Shown one piece after another: positions 47,278 to 56,845 of a stretch of 64,000 nucleotides of DNA. Where the stretch lies: positions 5,534-69,533 of the forward strand of contig JABGUJ010000001.1 in assembly GCA_018646625.1 (NCBI GenBank), in the 5' to 3' direction. The translations under genes and the position numbers were made by a program. Origin of the DNA: Candidatus Woesearchaeota archaeon. GTDB taxonomy: Archaea; Nanobdellota; Nanobdellia; Woesearchaeales; JABGUJ01. Numbering within the stretch: the first letter of the stretch is position 1; every line of letters starts with the position of its first letter. The notes under the pieces were generated by a model, which saw only the letters and a program-made list of their open reading frames with translations, had not been told where the DNA came from and did not search any database.

Positions 47278-47859
47278 ATGAAAACAATCGAAATATTCAC
47301 AAGAAGCGAATTTAGAACATGGCTAAAAAAACACCATAAAACAGAAAACAAAGTAGCAGTTGTAATACATAAAAAACACACTTCTAAACCATCCCCGACT
47401 CATAGAGAACTAATGGAAGAAGCCATATGCTTTGGATGGATAGATACAACTGTAAAAAGGTTAGATGAAGATAGATACATCCGAAATTTTACTAAAAGAA
47501 ATAATAATAGCAAATGGAGCAATAATACAATCAGATATGCGAAAGAGTTGGTTAAACAAAAAAGAATGAGGCCTCAAGGCTTAAAATATTACAAAGAGGG
47601 ATTAGCAAAGCCAACACACGATTTTGGCATACCTAGAAAACCCACCATGCCAGACGAATTAAAAAAATCTTTAGCTAGAGATAAAAGAGCCAAGTCCGGC
47701 TTTGAAGAATATCCTCCTTCAACAAAAATAATGTTTTATAGGTGGATATTGCGTGGAAAAAAAGAAGAAACAAGAGCCAAACGAATAAAGATAACTATTG
47801 AAAAAGCTAAAGCAGGAAATAGGGATGTCTTTACTACTTCTCAAAAAATCAATCAATAG
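47278..47859 (+). CDS. YdeI/OmpD-associated family protein
   Basis: FRTWLKKHH...AVVIHKK...EAICFGWIDT matches the YdeI-family N-terminus; start chosen at internal ATG 47278 rather than ORF-track 47197. Confidence 0.5.
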   Translation: MKTIEIFTRSEFRTWLKKHHKTENKVAVVIHKKHTSKPSPTHRELMEEAICFGWIDTTVKRLDEDRYIRNFTKRNNNSKWSNNTIRYAKELVKQKRMRPQGLKYYKEGLAKPTHDFGIPRKPTMPDELKKSLARDKRAKSGFEEYPPSTKIMFYRWILRGKKEETRAKRIKITIEKAKAGNRDVFTTSQKINQ

Positions 47860-47893
47860 ATAGTAATTAGGTAGCGCATTAGAACATAAAAAA

Positions 47894-48042
47894 TGCGCCG
47901 GCCGGGACTTTCGACAATAGCAGGTTTGACAGTCCCACAAGGAGACCAACTGGTCAGTTTTTACAACATCAACCCGCCAATTCTTTCGAACCCGGATCAA
48001 AGGCTTGGAAGGCCTCTATCCTAGCCATTAGACTACCGGCGC
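47894..48042 (-). tRNA. tRNA-Gly (anticodon TCC) interrupted by an intron of about 74 nt located in the T-loop (position 59/60)
   Basis: Hand-folded: GCGCCGG acceptor paired with CCGGCGC 149 nt away; D-arm TAGTCTAATGGCTAGGATA; anticodon stem-loop GAGGC-CTTCCAA-GCCTT; T-stem CCGGG...CCCGG split by AGAATTGG...GTCGAAAG, with the TCGAAAG heptamer repeated at both junctions; discriminator A, no CCA. Confidence 0.6.
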
Positions 48043-48068
48043 ATAGAACCAGAAAAAAATTAGTGGAT

Positions 48069-49130
48069 TTATAAGCCTTTCGACTTACTTAGCTCTTCTC
48101 TAAACTGTTCCATAAATCTATCAAAATCCCTCAAAGACACAGAAGCACCGCAAGCCAAATCATGACCACCGCCGTTACCTTCTATCCCCACCAAAGCCTT
48201 TTTCAAAATATTAGAAATATTAACTTTACTTGACCTCAAACTTAACTTCATATCGCCAGACTTTTCTCTACCCAACATAATAATCTTAGTAGGAAAAAGA
48301 TATAACATTTCATTAGATAATTCTTTTGTAAAACTATTTCTATCAGCCCTATAAGCATAAAACAAAATTTTATCTTTAGTTGCTGCTTTCTTCGCTTCAT
48401 TCAAAATCTCATCATACTCAACTTTAAGCTTCTCATAACGTTTGTAAATATACTTGCCTCGTGGAGTTTCTTGATTCAATATCTCATAAGGTGAAGCAAT
48501 CCTTGTAAGAATCTTAATACACTTCATAGCCTCATCTGTTTTCCCTTTGAGTATAAAAGAAACAACTTTAACCAATTCACCTAACTTAGAATCAAACAAA
48601 GCTTGAGGAGGAGTTTTAATTTTCTTAGATAACAAATCAGGATATTGCGCAATAAATTCATCTTTAAAATCAGGCAAATACCAATCACCAACACAACCCA
48701 TCATTGCAATCCACAAATCATGTTTCACAACTTGATAAGCCATACAACTTGTTGGTTGAATTTCGCCACGCGTTCTAGAATTAAAATATTCAACTTTATC
48801 CATATTTTGTGGTTCGTGATGATCTAACCAAACTACAGGAATATGAACTCTATCTAAAAAGTCTTGGCTAACTAAGGGTTTATCCAATATAAAAATCTTA
48901 TCAGGATCATACTCTTCAACCTTTTTAAGAAACTGTGGAGTAACTTCAGGAGAATTTTTCACCATTACTCCGCGCCCTTCACGCAAATACCTGTAGAACA
49001 AAAGAAAAGATGCAGTCCCATCCGGATCTGAATCAAAAAGAAACAAAGGTCTAGTACAATGATCTAATTCGTCTTTTATTTTGATTAATTGCTTTTGAGA
49101 TAAAACCATGGAAACACGACTCCTAGCCAA
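48069..49130 (-). CDS. DHH/DHHA1 phosphoesterase (NrnA/RecJ-like)
   Basis: DHH motifs DSDPDG and LDHHEP, DHHA1 motif GGGH (GIEGNGGGHDLACGA). Confidence 0.75.
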   Translation of the reverse strand: MARSRVSMVLSQKQLIKIKDELDHCTRPLFLFDSDPDGTASFLLFYRYLREGRGVMVKNSPEVTPQFLKKVEEYDPDKIFILDKPLVSQDFLDRVHIPVVWLDHHEPQNMDKVEYFNSRTRGEIQPTSCMAYQVVKHDLWIAMMGCVGDWYLPDFKDEFIAQYPDLLSKKIKTPPQALFDSKLGELVKVVSFILKGKTDEAMKCIKILTRIASPYEILNQETPRGKYIYKRYEKLKVEYDEILNEAKKAATKDKILFYAYRADRNSFTKELSNEMLYLFPTKIIMLGREKSGDMKLSLRSSKVNISNILKKALVGIEGNGGGHDLACGASVSLRDFDRFMEQFREELSKSKGL

Positions 49131-49263
49131 TTTATAAAACTTACCTGAATATAAGATAAAAGACTAGGGGAGTACAAAGTACTCACCACCCCCTAGCAAT
49201 TTCGCCTTGTGTTTTCGCCAAAAAACTGTGATTAATGCATTCTGAGGCTTAATATGCCCAGAT

Positions 49264-49389
49264 CTATCGTTTAAGTTTTTCTTTCACCGCTTCGTTAATG
49301 AACTTCTCTATAGTTTTCTCATTAGTTATACAGGCGATTTTGAGCTTCTTATGAAGCTCATCCGTAATCTCGATATTGACTCTGCCCAT
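49264..49389 (-). CDS. Small ribbon-helix-helix (CopG/Arc-like) protein, 41 aa, absent from the ORF track
   Basis: Translation MGRVNIEITDELHKKLKIACITNEKTIEKFINEAVKEKLKR has the beta-strand then two helices of RHH repressors/antitoxins. Confidence 0.4.
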   Translation of the reverse strand: MGRVNIEITDELHKKLKIACITNEKTIEKFINEAVKEKLKR

Positions 49390-49564
49390 GATATTAGTTA
49401 AATAAGTTAGTTAGGTTATATTAATAAAATAACTAATATTACTTATTTAAATAACTTTGCATCTCAAAAACCACAAAAAACAGTAAAAAAAACAACGTCT
49501 AAAACTAACAACTAAACGAGAAATAAATTATTTCTACGTCGACAAAAACACAAAGAAAATAGGT

Positions 49565-49789
49565 TTACTCTTCTTCAGAAGATGAATTATCTTCACCAGA
49601 ATTCAATTCATCAAGCTGATCTATTCTGCCTTCAACAAAAGTCTTAAGCCGTTTAGCTTCGTCCTCAACCGTAACTAAATAAGAAAGATCCCCGAAATGT
49701 TCTTCAGCACAATCCAGACAGTACGCGTCCTTAGAGTCCTTAATCATGTACTCCGCCGGTTTACCACAAATGAAACATTTTTTAGACAT
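49565..49789 (-). CDS. Small zinc-ribbon protein with acidic tail
   Basis: CFICG...CLDC pair, C-terminal DELNSGEDNSSSEEE. Confidence 0.4.
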   Translation of the reverse strand: MSKKCFICGKPAEYMIKDSKDAYCLDCAEEHFGDLSYLVTVEDEAKRLKTFVEGRIDQLDELNSGEDNSSSEEE

Positions 49790-49846
49790 AATAAAGATAA
49801 AACAAAAAAATCATTTATAAATCTTTTCTATGAGATAGTAACAAAC

Positions 49847-50476
49847 TCAAGCATCCAAGATAGATACAACTTCTGAGAAGATCTCTTGAGGCGTACTTTC
49901 AGTACCAACTCTAGACAATAGACCTTTCTGATCATAATAATCAGTCAAAGGCGCAGTCTTATTCTTATATTCAACAAGCCGCTCTTTCACAGTTTCAGGT
50001 TTCTGATCTTCTCGCTGATACAAAACACCACCACAAGAATCACATTTACCTTCCTCTTTAGGAGGTTTAGTTTTAACATTAAAGATCGCACTACACTCTT
50101 TACAAGTCCATCTTGTTGCCAACCTATCCAAAACTGTTTCTTCAGAACAAGTTAACTCAATTACTTTACTAATCTCAGTAATTTTATCTAAAGCTTCAGC
50201 TTGAGGAATAGTTCTTGGAAAACCATCAAAAAGAAATCCTTTTTCACAATCAGGTTCTTTAAGTCTATCTTCAACAATACCAATAACAACTTCATCAGGA
50301 ACAAGCTCCCCTTTATCCATAAAGTCCTTTGCCTTTTGTCCCATTTCTGTTTCATTCTTAATAGCTTCTCTAAGAATATCACCAGTAGAAATATGAGCTA
50401 CACCGTACTTCTCAACCACCATTTCAGCGATTGTTCCTTTACCAGCACCAGGCTGACCTAAAAAAATTAATTTCAT
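49847..50476 (-). CDS. adk: Adenylate kinase, bacterial long type with zinc-binding lid
   Basis: Walker A GQPGAGKGT, LID CKECSA...CDSCGG. Confidence 0.88.
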   Translation of the reverse strand: MKLIFLGQPGAGKGTIAEMVVEKYGVAHISTGDILREAIKNETEMGQKAKDFMDKGELVPDEVVIGIVEDRLKEPDCEKGFLFDGFPRTIPQAEALDKITEISKVIELTCSEETVLDRLATRWTCKECSAIFNVKTKPPKEEGKCDSCGGVLYQREDQKPETVKERLVEYKNKTAPLTDYYDQKGLLSRVGTESTPQEIFSEVVSILDA

Positions 50477-50481
50477 TCACT

Positions 50482-50934
50482 TCACCCCAAATATTTTAGT
50501 TGTTCTTTCAATTTTATTTCATCTTTCCAAGAGTTTTTCAGAGCCAATACGATAGATGACATAATCAACATCAACTCATCCCATTCCTGAAACACTTTGT
50601 TAATAAATTTTGCACTCTTATCATCATCTTCTTTCAAAGACAACTCAAGTGCTTCTCTAGAGAGAAACATAAATCTAGAATAAACCTTAAAGATCTTATC
50701 CCTAAGAATTTCATCAACACTACTTAATTCGTGCAATGAAGCAAAAGAACCTTCACCATGAACTAAATCATCAATTATCTTAATATGCCTTTCAAGACGC
50801 TCCAAGATCCTGCTCCTGATTGAACGAACAAGAAATTCATCATCCTCGAGAGTACTAATCTCAAACAACCTATTCAAAGAATCATAGTCAGGTAAACTAT
50901 ACCTGGACTTAATTTGGTCATAAAGTTCTTTCAT
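50482..50934 (-). CDS. Hypothetical protein
   Basis: 150-aa helical ORF immediately upstream of adk. Confidence 0.35.
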   Translation of the reverse strand: MKELYDQIKSRYSLPDYDSLNRLFEISTLEDDEFLVRSIRSRILERLERHIKIIDDLVHGEGSFASLHELSSVDEILRDKIFKVYSRFMFLSREALELSLKEDDDKSAKFINKVFQEWDELMLIMSSIVLALKNSWKDEIKLKEQLKYLG

Positions 50935-50949
50935 TAATCAAATCCTCAA

Positions 50950-51022
50950 AGCCTCTGGAGGGAATTGAACCCTCGATCTCTCGATTACAAGTCGAGTGCA
51001 TTAGCCGCTATGCTACAGAGGC
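50950..51022 (-). tRNA. tRNA-Thr (anticodon TGT)
   Basis: Hand-folded: GCCTCTG/CAGAGGC acceptor, D-arm GCAT-AGCGGCTA-ATGC, anticodon CTCGA-CTTGTAA-TCGAG, T-arm GAGGG-TTCAATT-CCCTC, discriminator U. Confidence 0.85.
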
Positions 51023-51077
51023 ACTAAAGCCCTTAAATTCGCAGTTTATTTATAAAATTATTGTAGAAATCGACCAA

Positions 51078-51704
51078 TTACCAAAGACCTTTCTGCGGGA
51101 AGAACGGTGTAGATCTTGGCAAGAACTCCTTTAATTCCAAGTAATTCTTCACAGCCCCCTGAAAAGTATAAACATGGGTCCTAAGAATCTTTTTATGATC
51201 TTCAATATTCTTCTTATACCAACGTTTTCTAAAAATAGACGAAAAATGAGTTAACAAAGGACTTTTACTCCAGAAATCACTTTGAAAATCCACTAAAAGA
51301 TTGCCGTAGAACTTAAACTCAATCTCACCAACATTAGTTTTATACTTTTTACCTTCCACCATTACTTCAGTATTAGCGATTGCAACAAGATGTGCACTGG
51401 TTAAGATATTATAACATAAAAAATTAGAGCCGTCTGGCCTGTGCTGAGCAATCCACCACCACCAAATATGTTTAACACCGCCTTCATGCTCTTCAAGATA
51501 AAACTTTTCAAAATATTTCTCAGCACCAGTAGTATCCATAGTAGCCATATTAGTAATATCAGTATAATCGTTTTCTAGAAGCCATTCTTTACAAAAATCA
51601 TAAATATTTTTCAAATGAAAGACATCTTTATATTTAACAATCAACTCACCATTGCCGCCTATAACGTCAATGGAGTCCATATTTCCAGACAATGGTCCAC
51701 TCAT
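51078..51704 (-). CDS. Hypothetical protein
   Basis: 208-aa ORF, Trp/Tyr-rich, no motif recognised. Confidence 0.35.
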   Translation of the reverse strand: MSGPLSGNMDSIDVIGGNGELIVKYKDVFHLKNIYDFCKEWLLENDYTDITNMATMDTTGAEKYFEKFYLEEHEGGVKHIWWWWIAQHRPDGSNFLCYNILTSAHLVAIANTEVMVEGKKYKTNVGEIEFKFYGNLLVDFQSDFWSKSPLLTHFSSIFRKRWYKKNIEDHKKILRTHVYTFQGAVKNYLELKEFLPRSTPFFPQKGLW

Positions 51705-51736
51705 ACCATAATAGACCCGGAGAAGGTATTTAAAGA

Positions 51737-52456
51737 TTATTGTTTAAGGCGAAGAAATCTAACAAGAAACCCTAGTCTAAGTTCAAATAAAAAGAATAGA
51801 GTGAAAATTCTAGCTAAACCAAAAACAGACAAAGGATTTACAAAACATTCAACATTCCCTTTCTTAACAGCACGAACCACTCCTAAAACTGTTTTAGCAG
51901 ATTTAACAGCAGTATAACTCTTCCCAAATTGAAAACTGAAATGAGAATCACTTGTCGCAACGATCGGTTTAGAAAATTTTTTTGCAACTTTTCTCGCATG
52001 ACCATTAAGATCTAAGACAATTGATGTAAACGAGCTCATTTCAATCGCATCAAACAAATCAATATGCTTTACTAACTTACCACGCAAACAATTCATCAAA
52101 ACATGATAAGGATGGGGAGCAATAATCAAAGAGTTTCTAAACTTATTTCTCAGCTCACGCAAATCATCAAAAGTATCAACATTCTCAGATTGTTTCTTAG
52201 GCGCATTCAATATTAAGACATGCGCACCATTTATGGTTTTCTCAATTCCAGGAATAAGCAAGATTCCTTTTTTCTTAGCATAAGCAAAAACTTGTTTATC
52301 TTCTAACTGAAAATCATGGTGAGTAAATGCTAAAACATCAAATTTCCCTTCAACAGCACGATCAATAATATCATAAGGCGAATAGATTACTTTCTTCTGT
52401 ACAGTATTATCCTTAGGATCTCTATTTGTATGAATATGAAAGTCTGCTTTTAACAT
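51737..52456 (-). CDS. PHP-domain metal-dependent phosphoesterase
   Basis: N-terminal ADFHIHT and THHD motifs of the PHP family. Confidence 0.65.
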   Translation of the reverse strand: MLKADFHIHTNRDPKDNTVQKKVIYSPYDIIDRAVEGKFDVLAFTHHDFQLEDKQVFAYAKKKGILLIPGIEKTINGAHVLILNAPKKQSENVDTFDDLRELRNKFRNSLIIAPHPYHVLMNCLRGKLVKHIDLFDAIEMSSFTSIVLDLNGHARKVAKKFSKPIVATSDSHFSFQFGKSYTAVKSAKTVLGVVRAVKKGNVECFVNPLSVFGLARIFTLFFLFELRLGFLVRFLRLKQ

Positions 52457-52540
52457 AATCTAGATCTCAATCTGCACATATTTAAAGCTACCCAACAGAC
52501 AAAAGAAAATTATATAAACACAATATATACAGAATCCCGC

Positions 52541-53734
52541 ATGATCATAGGTATAGTCGGAAAACCGTCCGTTGGAAAGTCCACATTCTTTAAAGCAGCT
52601 ACGCTTGCAGATGTAGACATAGCCAATTACCCATTCACCACAATAAAACCCAATCACGCAGTAGGTTTTGTAAAAATTGACTGCGTAGATCAACACTTCA
52701 ATAAACAATGTAATCCACGAGAAGGATATTGTATAAATCACAAAAGATTTGTTCCAGTTGACCTAGTAGATGTCGCAGGCTTAGTACCAGGAGCACATGA
52801 AGGACTCGGCATGGGTTCACAATTTCTCAGCGATCTTAATCAAGCAGACGCGCTTATTCACGTAATAGACATATCCGGTTCAATAAATGAAAAAGGGGAA
52901 CCCGTAGAAAAACTAAGCTACGATCCCGCTAATGACGTCAGATTTTTAGAAGAAGAACTAGACTATTGGTATTTGGGGATAATGAAAAAAGGATGGGAAA
53001 AATTCGCAAGAACCACCATACAAGAAAAGAAAGAAATTCACAAATCCTTAGGTAAACAACTAGGCGGCCTTGGCGTAAATGAAAACATGGTTGAAGATAT
53101 CATAAAGAAGCTTAATTTAGACAAAGAAAAACCATTATCTTGGACAGAAGAAGAATTGTTTCAACTTGCAAGAGAATTGAGAATCAGAACAAAACCCATG
53201 CTAATTGCAGCCAACAAGATTGACGTTCCAGGAGCCTCAGACAATCTCGAAAGATTAAGAAAAGAATTCCCAGAATATACATTTGTTCCATGTAGTTCAG
53301 AAAGTGAGTTAGCACTAAAAGAAGCAGCAAAACATGGATTAATTGATTACGTTCCTGGTGAAAATAATTACACAGTAAAAGGAGATCTTAGTGAAGCACA
53401 AACTAAAGCATTAGAGTTCATAAAAACAAACATGCTTGATAAGTTTAATACAACCGGCGTACAAGATACATTAAACGCAGCCATATTTGATGTTTTAAAA
53501 TACATTGCAATCTTCCCTGGAGGAATGACCAAACTAGAAGATCAACACGGTAACGTTCTCCCTGATTGCTTCTTACTAAAAGAAAAATCAACAGCATTAG
53601 ACTTTGCATTCAAAATCCATACTGATTTAGGAAAAAGATTCATTTGCGCTAAAGATGTTAAAACAAGAATGACAGTTGGCAAAGATCACGTTCTAAAACA
53701 CCGAGATGTTGTTGAAATCGTTTCTGATAAATAA
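52541..53734 (+). CDS. Obg-family GTPase (Ygr210/YchF-like)
   Basis: G1 GKPSVGKST, G2 region PFTTIKPN, G4 NKID, about 400 aa. Confidence 0.7.
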   Translation: MIIGIVGKPSVGKSTFFKAATLADVDIANYPFTTIKPNHAVGFVKIDCVDQHFNKQCNPREGYCINHKRFVPVDLVDVAGLVPGAHEGLGMGSQFLSDLNQADALIHVIDISGSINEKGEPVEKLSYDPANDVRFLEEELDYWYLGIMKKGWEKFARTTIQEKKEIHKSLGKQLGGLGVNENMVEDIIKKLNLDKEKPLSWTEEELFQLARELRIRTKPMLIAANKIDVPGASDNLERLRKEFPEYTFVPCSSESELALKEAAKHGLIDYVPGENNYTVKGDLSEAQTKALEFIKTNMLDKFNTTGVQDTLNAAIFDVLKYIAIFPGGMTKLEDQHGNVLPDCFLLKEKSTALDFAFKIHTDLGKRFICAKDVKTRMTVGKDHVLKHRDVVEIVSDK

Positions 53735-53735
53735 T

Positions 53736-54860
53736 CTATTCAACAACCACAAAACCGTTCTCCGTTATTTGTTTAACAAAAACTTCTCTTTCTGCCACTT
53801 GTTCTTCTGTAAATGAGAACACACCACTCGCCCCGTTATAATCAAACACATTTCGACTTTCTGAAACCATACAATCAACACTGTCACAATTACTACCAAT
53901 TCCGGCCATTAACATAATTGCATCATAAGCAAACGCGGCGTTCATCTCAGGCTCTTCGCCGTATTTCACCTCATACCTGACCGCAAAATCACTTTCATCG
54001 ACCCTAAACGGATAAGTATATGTAACCCCATATGCGCTTTTACCAACAGTATTAACTAACAATTTTGTTTGCGATAACCAAGGACCAATAAATTTAACAT
54101 CCACATCATATTCGCCAGCCTGTTTTAACAGATTTGCAAAATGAGGAGGATTAAATGAAGTAAAGATTGCCTCAGTTCTATGTTCTTTTGCTTTCAACAA
54201 AGCCGTTCTCAAATCAGCAGATTCAAATTTATCAACAGATTCAATAATTGTTATTTCACCACCATTTTGTTCAAAAGCACGTTGAAAATGTTCTCTATAA
54301 CTTTGTCCGAAAAAATCATGTTGATGAAAAATCGCAACCTTAGTTACGCCATTATCAATAACGTGCTCCGCAAGTTTATCCATTTCATTCGATATAGCAG
54401 GAGGCATGTTAAACAAATGCGGGTGTTTGCCAATCAAAGGATCGGTTCTTACCGAAATACTATAAGTTAAAGCTTTTCCTTCAGTTATAGGTGCAACAGC
54501 AGGAGTTACTGCGCCACAATATACAATAATCTTGTCCAAACCATCAACATCCAAAAGCTTACTAACTGTTTTAGTACCTTCAGTTGGACTGCACTTATCA
54601 TCTTCAACAATAAGTCGTACCAGCCTATTATTAATTCCACCTGCTCGATTTATATCATCTACAGCCATCTGCGCCCCTTGTAAAGCCCACTCACCATACA
54701 GAGCAACAGGACCCGTTAAAGGTAAACTGAACCCAATCTCAATATCCTCATAAACGCTCTTACCAGTTATGGAACTAGACCCACAACCCATGATTAATAC
54801 TACCACTATCAATATCATAGCCAATTTCACTCTAACCACCAAGTCAAAAGAAAGCAACAA
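53736..54860 (-). CDS. LivJ-like solute-binding lipoprotein, orphan (cassette 4)
   Basis: Lipobox IMGCGSSS; IEIGFSLPLTGPVALYGEWALQGAQMAVDDINRAGGINNRLVRLIVEDD. Confidence 0.75.
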   Translation of the reverse strand: MLLSFDLVVRVKLAMILIVVVLIMGCGSSSITGKSVYEDIEIGFSLPLTGPVALYGEWALQGAQMAVDDINRAGGINNRLVRLIVEDDKCSPTEGTKTVSKLLDVDGLDKIIVYCGAVTPAVAPITEGKALTYSISVRTDPLIGKHPHLFNMPPAISNEMDKLAEHVIDNGVTKVAIFHQHDFFGQSYREHFQRAFEQNGGEITIIESVDKFESADLRTALLKAKEHRTEAIFTSFNPPHFANLLKQAGEYDVDVKFIGPWLSQTKLLVNTVGKSAYGVTYTYPFRVDESDFAVRYEVKYGEEPEMNAAFAYDAIMLMAGIGSNCDSVDCMVSESRNVFDYNGASGVFSFTEEQVAEREVFVKQITENGFVVVE

Positions 54861-54929
54861 ACCATATATATTTTTACCATACTACGACATTACGACAATA
54901 TTTATAAAGTAGCAAAGAACACCAAGTAT

Positions 54930-55703
54930 ATGAACACAAAAATCTTAGAAAAAGCAGGCTTAACAAATAACGAAATAAAAGTTTATCTTGCTCTTTTATC
55001 TCTTGGATCAGTAAGCGCGGGAGAAATAATAAAAAAATCAGAATTACACAGAGCAGCAGTTTATGACACCCTAGAAAGACTCATGGACAAAGGTCTTGTT
55101 TCTTATGTAATCAAAGCAAACAGAAAATATTTTGAAGCCGCAATGGCAAAAAACTTAGTAGAAATAATAGAAAAAAAAGAAAAAAAAATCAAAAAAGAAA
55201 AACAAGAACTACTAAAAATCATCCCGGACTTAGAAGCAAAAAGAAAACTAGGTAAAGAAGCTCAAGAAGTTACTTTGTTTAAAGGAAATAAAGGATTAAA
55301 ATCAATATTTCAAGATTGGTTAGAAGACGATAAAGAAAATCTAGTTATTGGTGCATTCGCCGAAGAAGCAGAGTCGCTTCAATACCATATGAAATACTCT
55401 CTACCAAGCTTTCACAAACGCAGAGAAAGAAAGAAACAAGTTATGAAGTTTATTTTCACTGAGAAATCCATTGCAAGAGCCAAACAATTAAGCAAATACA
55501 AATACACTCCAATAAGAATCCTAAAAGCACCCTTCGCTTCTCCTACATCAATACAAATTTACGGAGAGAAAGTAGCGATACTATTATGGTCTTCAGATCC
55601 AATAGGCATAGTTATGAGAAGCAAAGAAATCTCAAACGCATACAGAGAATACTTCAAAGTGTTATGGAACATGTCCGTTGATCTAAAAGAATATATGAAA
55701 TAA
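54930..55703 (+). CDS. TrmB-family HTH regulator paralogue (cassette 4)
   Basis: ILEKAGLTNNEIKVYLALLSLGSVSAGEIIKKSELHRAAVYDTLERLMDKGLVSY. Confidence 0.7.
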   Translation: MNTKILEKAGLTNNEIKVYLALLSLGSVSAGEIIKKSELHRAAVYDTLERLMDKGLVSYVIKANRKYFEAAMAKNLVEIIEKKEKKIKKEKQELLKIIPDLEAKRKLGKEAQEVTLFKGNKGLKSIFQDWLEDDKENLVIGAFAEEAESLQYHMKYSLPSFHKRRERKKQVMKFIFTEKSIARAKQLSKYKYTPIRILKAPFASPTSIQIYGEKVAILLWSSDPIGIVMRSKEISNAYREYFKVLWNMSVDLKEYMK

Positions 55704-55704
55704 A

Positions 55705-56733
55705 TCACAAATCTCTATAACGAGCAGCAACATCATCAAAACCAAGAAGACCAGCAATATTTCCACAAACAATTTTTGCAGCACGACGATAAACGCAAGG
55801 ATCATATTCATCAGTTGAAATATCCTCCGAACAATCCTCAAAACGCTTCAAGTCAGATTCAAAAATTGGTTTTAAGTCATCAAAATAAGAGTAACCGTTA
55901 TTTCTACCCAACATCCTAACTAATTCTAGCTGCGAGTACATAACTATTAGACTCCCAGGTTCATCAGCAGTTTGTAGCATTTCTAAAGCACCGTCATAAA
56001 GCGATCTTTCCAACTCAGCAACATCCATACCCAAATCTTTTGCAGAATCATTAGAAAAATAATATAATGATTTTACAGGCACATTAACTCCTCTCAGAAT
56101 ATTATCCATAGGAAACAAAAACATCGCCAAGTTTGAAACAGTATTATCATCATTGCCTAAAATAGAATATACTTTATCAACAAGTCCACGTTCATATGCA
56201 CTCGCATCAACACCTAACTCTTCTGCTTTTAATCTCGCATCTTCAACAAGAGATTGAAAAAAAGAAAAATTCCATTGACTATTAGTACAATCAAACAAAT
56301 CCAAATTAGTACTTGCTTTAGCATAACACTGAGCAACAGGATTATCTCCATCACAGTCAAATCTCCCTGCAAGTGCTTCAGCAACCTTCTTCTCAAATGC
56401 GGCTACATTAATACTAGCACAGGTTTCATTATAAGCTGCAAGATCTTTCTCATATTGAACAATCTCATCAGGAGAAGCATCTTCACTCGGAAGTATAGGT
56501 TCCATAGGCCAACCGTTTTTACCTTCGGCACGCAAACAATCGGACAAATCACTTCTTGCAGAAACCAAATGTCCTAAATGAGCACCATCTTGAGGAAAGG
56601 AAGCAGAACTAGCTGCATGAAATGCACGATCATAAGCATCAAGAACATCAGATTTATCTGGAGACCTCAAAGTCAAAGCCAAAACTGCAGCAGTTATAAG
56701 CGCTCCAATACCTAAATATCTACCTAAAGTCAT
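55705..56733 (-). CDS. Secreted Cys-containing protein of unknown function, Ala/Asp-rich
   Basis: Signal peptide LGIGALITAAVLALTL; composition atypical for this window. Confidence 0.4.
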   Translation of the reverse strand: MTLGRYLGIGALITAAVLALTLRSPDKSDVLDAYDRAFHAASSASFPQDGAHLGHLVSARSDLSDCLRAEGKNGWPMEPILPSEDASPDEIVQYEKDLAAYNETCASINVAAFEKKVAEALAGRFDCDGDNPVAQCYAKASTNLDLFDCTNSQWNFSFFQSLVEDARLKAEELGVDASAYERGLVDKVYSILGNDDNTVSNLAMFLFPMDNILRGVNVPVKSLYYFSNDSAKDLGMDVAELERSLYDGALEMLQTADEPGSLIVMYSQLELVRMLGRNNGYSYFDDLKPIFESDLKRFEDCSEDISTDEYDPCVYRRAAKIVCGNIAGLLGFDDVAARYRDL

Positions 56734-56845
56734 CTTCTAAAAAAGAACACACAACTACTATTTAAATCTTTCGTCACTTTAGAGTGACTAATATCTACAA
56801 CAGCTTAAAGCGCCGTATTCAAACAGTACAAAGAATATATGAAAT

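Noticed and set aside
52460-52741. 93-aa minus-strand ORF overlapping the GTPase N-terminus
   Set aside because: The GTPase frame carries a canonical P-loop; the antisense ORF is Cys/Tyr-rich nonsense.
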